From IMG/VR virus record IMGVR_UViG_3300015606_001334, positions 295,551 through 359,550 of that record: 64,000 nt of DNA; one strand, written 5' to 3'. Within the stretch, counting starts at the first letter, position 1, and each line of letters begins with the position of its first letter. Made by a program: the position numbers and the translations under genes. Below the pieces are notes generated by a model that ran no database searches, was not told the origin of the DNA, and was given only the letters and a program-made list of their open reading frames with translations. Shown here one piece after another: positions 58,364 through 64,000 of this stretch. The stretch is from a virus. Lineage: Duplodnaviria > Caudoviricetes.

Positions 58364-59406
58364 TTTTTTCTCGTAACGTTGATGAATTTCTTGGAAATAT
58401 TGATTGGTTCGACTTCAATCTGGGCAGGATCAATATTGCCGAGGTTGAATACTCGTTTATCTTGGGTCTCCAACTTAATGGTCCGATAAACTCTTGTCTT
58501 GTCATATTTATCTCTAAGAATAATCACTGCCTCGGGGAAGTCAAGACTAAACTTAAGATCATTCAAAACAATTAGCTTTTTGCCCTTAAATGACATGTCA
58601 ATCGAACCTGAGAAATAGTTCTTTACCATAATCTCAGTGTTTCGTAGATGGAAACGACTGGAAAAGAATGACATTTCTTTGAGGTGCCGACGGGAGAAAC
58701 GAAGATGAATAGTCTTCCCAGGCTGCATTGTAATCATCTTGATCAGGTAAGATGGATCATTCTTATTGGTGATAGCAATAAAGAAGTCAGCGTAAAAGCT
58801 TGGATCCATGTTTGGGGTCTTGATCAATACGACATTTGCTGCATAGTCGATTTCAACCTCAGCCAAACGTGGTAGATTCTTCTCTGCAGCCTTATAAGTT
58901 GAAGTGTCGATTTCCGACAGAGAAGTAAAGTCAATCCGATTCTTAAACAGATTAGATACTTGACCGCTCTTTGGTGTAAATCTAACAATCGTTTTACCTT
59001 CTGTGTTAGATGAAATATCCCAATCGTCTAGATTTGAATCACCTGATAGAATCGAATAAGCTATTCTGCTATCAACCTCGATCTGATCCAACTTCTCTTT
59101 TGACAATACCGCTGGGTCTGAACGCTTAGCAGAAATTTTAACGGCAGCCAAAGTTTCTGTGTTGAAGATCAGGTGGAAGGTTGCGTCCTTAGGGAATAAA
59201 TTCTTGTCAATAGCGTATGGAGGATCGGCATACTTGTTGACGATCACTTCTGAAGCAGACATTTCTCCATTCAGTAGCTTTTTAGACAATTCCTCTGGAA
59301 GCTCGATATTAATTGCGTAAAGGTGACCCTCAATCGGGTTCCGATCTACACCTAATACCAGATCTTCTTTAGTGTCGTAGTGAAGGTAAAACTGTGGGAA
59401 GCTCAT
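58360..59406 (-). CDS. Hypothetical protein of the glycosyltransferase operon
   Basis: 348 aa. ITNKNDPSYL motif with a similar C-terminal repeat (RDKYDKT). Confidence 0.55.
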   Translation of the reverse strand: MSFPQFYLHYDTKEDLVLGVDRNPIEGHLYAINIELPEELSKKLLNGEMSASEVIVNKYADPPYAIDKNLFPKDATFHLIFNTETLAAVKISAKRSDPAVLSKEKLDQIEVDSRIAYSILSGDSNLDDWDISSNTEGKTIVRFTPKSGQVSNLFKNRIDFTSLSEIDTSTYKAAEKNLPRLAEVEIDYAANVVLIKTPNMDPSFYADFFIAITNKNDPSYLIKMITMQPGKTIHLRFSRRHLKEMSFFSSRFHLRNTEIMVKNYFSGSIDMSFKGKKLIVLNDLKFSLDFPEAVIILRDKYDKTRVYRTIKLETQDKRVFNLGNIDPAQIEVEPINISKKFINVTRKK

Positions 59407-59407
59407 A

Positions 59408-60286
59408 TCAAATTCCTAGCTTTCGCTCCATTTGGTAAATCATATCGTCAGTCAAGAAGTCCTTAACGAAATAATGGAATGGTAGGGTTTGAAGATAATT
59501 GCCGATCTTTAGCTGACAATCATTATTGTAGTACACTGGAATCATCTTAGTCCAGTCTTCGTTCATTAGATGATCTTCGGGCCAATGTTGCAAATGGCTC
59601 TTCATGTGAACAAAGGTTGGGAAATCTTCCTTCAATGAGCGGTGAATGTTCAGATCTTCGGTACCAAGAATCTTGGCTGCAAGGCCGAACACGACGTCGG
59701 TACTCACATAGTTTGGACGATGCTCATACTTGAAGTAATCAAAGAAGAAACGTTCCCAGTTGTTGAAGATCAATTCGGATAGCTTAAAGAATTCGTGAGC
59801 TTCGTCTGATTTGTCAAAATAGAAATATGCTGAGTAGACATTAGGAAGCTCATTGTCAGTGAACACCTTACGGTAATAGTCACTTGTTACGGTCTCGCCT
59901 CGATAGGTCTTAGCTTCAGTTGCAAAGACCATTTTCGAACCCTTCATGTAGTCGAACCAGTATGACTTGTCTGAAAGAAATAACATATCAGCATCAAGCT
60001 TTACCGTATGATCGAATGGAGACATGTAAATTGCCTTCCATTCGTTCTCCAACTTCCAGGTAGAATTCTTTGCGTGATCCTTCCAAGGGATCTCGATGAT
60101 GTTCTCAGCACCAATTAAATTTCTAATTTTTGGAGAGACTAGGGTCTTCTCTTCTTTAGTTACCCCGATGGCAAGAGAGTTTCTACCCTTAGGCTGAGTA
60201 AGCTGCAATGAAAGGGCGAGCGCATACGCCATTCGTTGGTATTCTTTACCCTGAGCAATGGTGAAATATCCGTACGTTTCACTCAT
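59408..60286 (-). CDS. Putative glycosyltransferase (GT8-like)
   Basis: AYALALS, SPFDHTVKLDADM (DxD), HMK and PFHY..K motifs. Confidence 0.65.
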   Translation of the reverse strand: MSETYGYFTIAQGKEYQRMAYALALSLQLTQPKGRNSLAIGVTKEEKTLVSPKIRNLIGAENIIEIPWKDHAKNSTWKLENEWKAIYMSPFDHTVKLDADMLFLSDKSYWFDYMKGSKMVFATEAKTYRGETVTSDYYRKVFTDNELPNVYSAYFYFDKSDEAHEFFKLSELIFNNWERFFFDYFKYEHRPNYVSTDVVFGLAAKILGTEDLNIHRSLKEDFPTFVHMKSHLQHWPEDHLMNEDWTKMIPVYYNNDCQLKIGNYLQTLPFHYFVKDFLTDDMIYQMERKLGI

Positions 60287-61215
60287 TTTAGGATCTCCAA
60301 TGATTCGTCGAATTTGTTAAGGATGGACAGCTTGTTCAAAGAGTGAACGTTCACGCCTTTGATTTTCGAGACATAGAATTTGTATGATGCTACCGTGTCG
60401 TTTAGGTAGAATTTAGTCGTGGTTTTGTCAACAAACCCGATAAATTGATCAGTGTCAACTGCAGTAAGGATTGCTGGATCAGGCAACGATTTAACGAATT
60501 CTTCGTCGTCAACAAAGCCGTTAAGCATGTGAATTGCGATCGAGAAGGCAAAGTCGTTTCGATACAAGATACCTGAGAAATCATACACATGCTTGTAGTA
60601 ATGCCAAGCTTCTTTGATATGATCAACTAGATTGAAAATCAATTTAGCCTTTTCACTCTTCTTGAAATAGATCACTGTTGCCCAATACATTCGAATACCA
60701 AATGGATTGAGCCTAAACTCTGGACCAGTTAGAATCTTGTGGTCAAGGGTCTTCGCATTTTTGTTGATCAAGAAATCTTCATTACATCCCCAAACTGCGT
60801 TAAGGCTAGAATTCATGACGAAGTAATCGGCGTCAATCAATAACGTTTCGTCGTATGGGGATAGCTCGTATGCGCTTGATCGGGATTTATTTAGGAACCT
60901 TGAAGAGACATGGTAGTATTGGGTGTCTCTAAAAATTCGAGTATTGTCAGCACCAATGGCAGAGTACTCTTTTTCCCAATCATCCTTTAGGATAACTTTG
61001 TCGAAGAGCTTGTAAATGTATGCCTTCTCTTCGTCAGAGAACCAACCGAGAGAGCTACTATTCGTGATCACAGATACCTTGGTATCTTTGCCCATATTGT
61101 TCTTAACGCAAAGGGCAGAAAGAATAGCAATCTTTAGATAATTAAGGGTCGAGTTGTTCTCGGCAAACATCAAGACCCCTTTCGAGGTTTGAGTGCTCAT
61201 TTTACCAGTCGACAA
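60283..61215 (-). CDS. Putative glycosyltransferase (GT8-like), paralog of 59408; start probably ATG 61200
   Basis: SPYDETLLIDADY (DxD), WATVIYFKK and RNDFAFSIA motifs. Confidence 0.65.
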   Translation of the reverse strand: MSTGKMSTQTSKGVLMFAENNSTLNYLKIAILSALCVKNNMGKDTKVSVITNSSSLGWFSDEEKAYIYKLFDKVILKDDWEKEYSAIGADNTRIFRDTQYYHVSSRFLNKSRSSAYELSPYDETLLIDADYFVMNSSLNAVWGCNEDFLINKNAKTLDHKILTGPEFRLNPFGIRMYWATVIYFKKSEKAKLIFNLVDHIKEAWHYYKHVYDFSGILYRNDFAFSIAIHMLNGFVDDEEFVKSLPDPAILTAVDTDQFIGFVDKTTTKFYLNDTVASYKFYVSKIKGVNVHSLNKLSILNKFDESLEILK

Positions 61216-61585
61216 CCTTAGAGGTGGTTCTTAGCTTTTTGAATTTTTCGAACTCTACTAGGTACTCGTTCATACCTTCTTGGTAGATGCTGAGTACGTC
61301 TTCGTAGAAAGATTCAAGATCATCGATTTTGACTGGGTTCTCATTCGAATCTAGGATGATTGCGGATGTCTTAGACTGAGACAATGCATAAATGAATGAG
61401 ATGAAATCCTGATTGATCTTGAAGATACCGCCGTTTTGCGAGATTACCAGATGATTCTTCAGCTTAAGCTTGGAATTTTCACGCTGAATGTTTAGGGTGA
61501 TTCGGTAATTGGAAGCTTCCAACGCTTTTGCAAGACGTTCATCGACTATGTCCTCAATGACCGCAGTTTCTGTGTTGTTTGCCAT
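61202..61585 (-). CDS. Hypothetical protein, first gene of the GT operon
   Basis: 127 aa, GGAG RBS. GG.F.I...I.F and ILD.N.NP motifs. Confidence 0.65.
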   Translation of the reverse strand: MANNTETAVIEDIVDERLAKALEASNYRITLNIQRENSKLKLKNHLVISQNGGIFKINQDFISFIYALSQSKTSAIILDSNENPVKIDDLESFYEDVLSIYQEGMNEYLVEFEKFKKLRTTSKVVDW

Positions 61586-61667
61586 GGGGTTCTCCGTGTT
61601 GTTATGTTTTATAGTCTAATTTATAGTTCGCCGAAAAGACAATGGCAACGCCATTTCTAGCATTGCC

Positions 61668-61696
61668 ATTATATCACACTTCAGTGAAGTTGTAAA
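61668..61696 (-). promoter_or_regulatory. Early sigma70-type promoter TTTACA-N17-TATAAT
   Basis: - strand TTTACA acttcactgaagtgtga TATAAT, with extended TG. Confidence 0.85.
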
Positions 61697-63088
61697 TTAC
61701 GCAGCAGGATTTGTTATAAAGGTACCAGTCTGAGTTGCTGTTGGAAGAGCAATCTCATTGTTGCCGAGATAGAGTTCCGAAGCCTTAGAGCTAGCAACTG
61801 AAGAAACGGTAGAACCACTTGCTGAAGAGTTGCTTGAGTAGTACGCACTGTTGTAGATGGTGTTAACACCTTCTGGTGCAAATGCGATCTTGAAGCGAAT
61901 AGAAACTGCAGGAGCAGCAGTCTGTTCCAATCTAGCTTGAATGGAATACTTTGCGCCTCTGGATCCAGCAATTTGAGAAACGCTAGAGAAGATCGTAACA
62001 TACGCACCACCAAGAGCCAAGTTGTAGAAACCAGGTGTTCCAGCAGCTGCACCAGAATAATGGGTTCCCTTAGCATCAAAGGTGATAGTTCCCAAAGAGC
62101 TAATGAAGGTTTGCCATGAAGTATTGAAACTTGTAGACTGGCTTGGGGTGAAGCTTGCAGAAATTCTAAAGTTACCACCTGCGTTGAAATACGCTCTTGC
62201 ATGATTGATGTCGTTAAAGGAGATGACGACTTCGTGGTCTTTCTCGTAGAAGTATGGCTGAGTTCTAGTAGTAGACGCATTTGCCAAGGCAACTAGTTCC
62301 AAAGATAGTGGGTTAACGTTCCATCTATTTGCCTCGATTTGAGAAACAGCTCCCAAGAATGAAGTGTATTCAGAAAGAGCAGTCACTACGCCATGCTGGG
62401 TAGACTTGTCAAGAATGAAACCTCTTGAAGGAATACCAGAAGTTGAAGTACCTTGGTGATTTGCTAGAGCAATGTACTTGTTGATCAAATCCATCCACTT
62501 AGCATTGGTCATATCTAAGACTGTTGCGTAAGATAGAGGAAGTTGACCATAACCAGACCAGTTGGTGTAGGTAGTTGCGGCACCTGCTTGATACTGGTTT
62601 GGGGTTGCTGCTATTGTATTGTAGCGATCGACTAGCTTATTGTACTCTTCAACATAAGCAACTGGGACGATGCTCATTGAAGGCCAAACTTGTTGCCAAG
62701 CAGAGCCATCATAAACAGAAAGAGTCTTATCGCCAGTTTTCCACCAAAGATCGCCCTCAAACATGTTAGCAACTGGGCCTGGACCGACGGTAATACCACC
62801 AACTCGTTTCCAATCATTTATCACCTTATCGAAAACGTATAGAGCGCTTTCTGTGGTGTTAAACCAAAGCTGACCAACTGTTGGCTTTTGCGGAGCAAGA
62901 TCTCTGTTGCTGCTTGCAAAGTTTTCTAGCAAGCGAATGAAGTTCTGTTGATGATATTCGCCGTAGTATGGAGTACCCTTACCTGTTAGGATAAGTGAGG
63001 TGCTATCTCTATCAACTTGTAGCGGTGAAAGATCGATCGATGGTTTGCCATTTGGGCCTGATTCAGACCATTGTAGAATGTAAGTCAT
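61697..63088 (-). CDS. Virion structural / tail-fibre-like protein (Ser/Thr-rich)
   Basis: LTGKG...YGE..QQNFIRLLENFAS, P.VGQLWFN and EGDLWW fibre motifs. Under TATAAATA. Confidence 0.7.
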   Translation of the reverse strand: MTYILQWSESGPNGKPSIDLSPLQVDRDSTSLILTGKGTPYYGEYHQQNFIRLLENFASSNRDLAPQKPTVGQLWFNTTESALYVFDKVINDWKRVGGITVGPGPVANMFEGDLWWKTGDKTLSVYDGSAWQQVWPSMSIVPVAYVEEYNKLVDRYNTIAATPNQYQAGAATTYTNWSGYGQLPLSYATVLDMTNAKWMDLINKYIALANHQGTSTSGIPSRGFILDKSTQHGVVTALSEYTSFLGAVSQIEANRWNVNPLSLELVALANASTTRTQPYFYEKDHEVVISFNDINHARAYFNAGGNFRISASFTPSQSTSFNTSWQTFISSLGTITFDAKGTHYSGAAAGTPGFYNLALGGAYVTIFSSVSQIAGSRGAKYSIQARLEQTAAPAVSIRFKIAFAPEGVNTIYNSAYYSSNSSASGSTVSSVASSKASELYLGNNEIALPTATQTGTFITNPAA

Positions 63089-63169
63089 TGTTAAGTTCTC
63101 CTGTGCCGGTTCACATATTAAAAAGCCATTGCCCCGGTATTGATGACAATGGCGTGTCTAACTTCTAGG

Positions 63170-63177
63170 TATTTATA
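63170..63177 (-). promoter_or_regulatory. T4-like late promoter TATAAATA
   Basis: TATTTATA on +, just past the phoH stop. A GCCATTG...CAATGGC hairpin lies in the leader. Confidence 0.8.
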
Positions 63178-63180
63178 AAG

Positions 63181-63990
63181 TTAGTGGGTTGTTGCGAATC
63201 TTTCCCTTGGGACCGCATTTCTACCATTTACCTTCATTTCGAAGGATTCGTCTCTTGCGTCAGGAGCATCAAGATAAGTTAGGATCTTGGTGATCAACGC
63301 GTTTCTTACGATGTCCTTAGAAGAGAACTCAATGATTGCAATTTCAGGAACATTACCACGAAGCTTATTGGTTGCCCACTGTAGACCATGACCGCCGGGT
63401 TTCTTAAGGACCAAGTCACATTGTGAATTGTCACCGTTAATACAGAATGCTGCGTTGAAACCTAGACGAGTTAGGAACATTCTCATTTGTTCTTGAGTAG
63501 TGTTCTGCGCTTCATCAAGGATAACGAATGCATTGTTGAACGTTCTACCACGCATGAACGCTAGAGGAGCAATTTCAATCTTTCCTGCTTCCATTAGCTT
63601 CTTAGCCATGATTGGACCGACGTGATCTTCAATAGCATCTAGTAGTGGAAGCAAGTATGGATGCAGCTTTTCAGTTAGATCGCCTGGTAGGAAACCGAGG
63701 TTTTCGCCAGCTTCAACGACTGGGCGGGTAAGGACAATTCTGTCAATCTCGTTGTTCATGAGTTTTTCGAGAGCGACATAGGTTACCAAATAAGTTTTGC
63801 CACTGCCCGCTGGACCATTACACAGAGTGATTGTATTTTCGCGAAGAGATTCCAGATACATTTCCTGAGAATAGTTCTTTGGTTTCATCTTTGACTTCAG
63901 TGAGAAGCCTGTCTTTGCGACTGCTGGAACGTCTTGCGGATACTTCTGTTTAGACTTTAGCGGAGGTGTTGCTTGGGCACGTCTTGGCAT
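63181..63990 (-). CDS. phoH: PhoH family ATPase
   Basis: GPAGSGKT, TRPVVEAGENLGFLPG, FMRGRT, LDEAQN and TRLG motifs. Confidence 0.95.
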   Translation of the reverse strand: MPRRAQATPPLKSKQKYPQDVPAVAKTGFSLKSKMKPKNYSQEMYLESLRENTITLCNGPAGSGKTYLVTYVALEKLMNNEIDRIVLTRPVVEAGENLGFLPGDLTEKLHPYLLPLLDAIEDHVGPIMAKKLMEAGKIEIAPLAFMRGRTFNNAFVILDEAQNTTQEQMRMFLTRLGFNAAFCINGDNSQCDLVLKKPGGHGLQWATNKLRGNVPEIAIIEFSSKDIVRNALITKILTYLDAPDARDESFEMKVNGRNAVPRERFATTH

Positions 63991-64000
63991 TGTGATTGTA

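Noticed and set aside
43219-61585. Bacterial capsule/LPS locus or host contamination
   Set aside because: It is flanked by and co-oriented with phage genes, carries phage-type promoter boxes, and has no transport/polymerase genes.
1-64000. Many short opposite-strand or alternate-frame ORFs in the track (e.g. 2335-2847, 23722-24120, 31202-31612, 61714-62292)
   Set aside because: They are shadows of long, motif-bearing genes, with no RBS or recognisable motifs.
1-64000. Alternative genetic code
   Set aside because: Core genes are full length and coding density is high under the standard code.

Overview
This is a 64 kb fragment of a large (jumbo-type) tailed dsDNA phage with a T4-like replication and late-transcription toolkit. 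An i-/o-spanin pair points to a Gram-negative host. 1-18.6 kb (+) is a late virion module: giant baseplate/tail proteins, fibre proteins sharing a repeated ~60-aa W-x-I-x-H-x-L module, spanins and an M23+SLT lysin. 18.6-26.4 kb (-) holds a UDG-like protein, a degenerate 2OG-oxygenase, a RimK-(RimB-like protease) fusion, an exonuclease, acidic probable internal head proteins and a KxDG ligase-like protein. 26.4-43.2 kb (-) holds replication genes (helicase, primase, RNase H/FEN, probable clamp, PolB), an SLT, a SpoT-like HD hydrolase and a DEDDh exonuclease. 43.2-61.6 kb is an ~18 kb biosynthetic cluster: 3 radical SAM enzymes (a 4th lies next to polB), about 6 glycosyltransferase-like proteins, a carbamoyltransferase with a 33-aa companion ORF, an NTP-transferase, HAD, GDPD-like, PLP and SGNH-like enzymes. 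A virion protein and phoH close the window. ATAAATA late-promoter boxes, TTTACA-N17-TATAAT early promoters and hairpin terminators are readable by eye. No tRNA, rRNA, CRISPR array, IS element or intein was recognised. Product calls come from motif recognition only, with no database searches.
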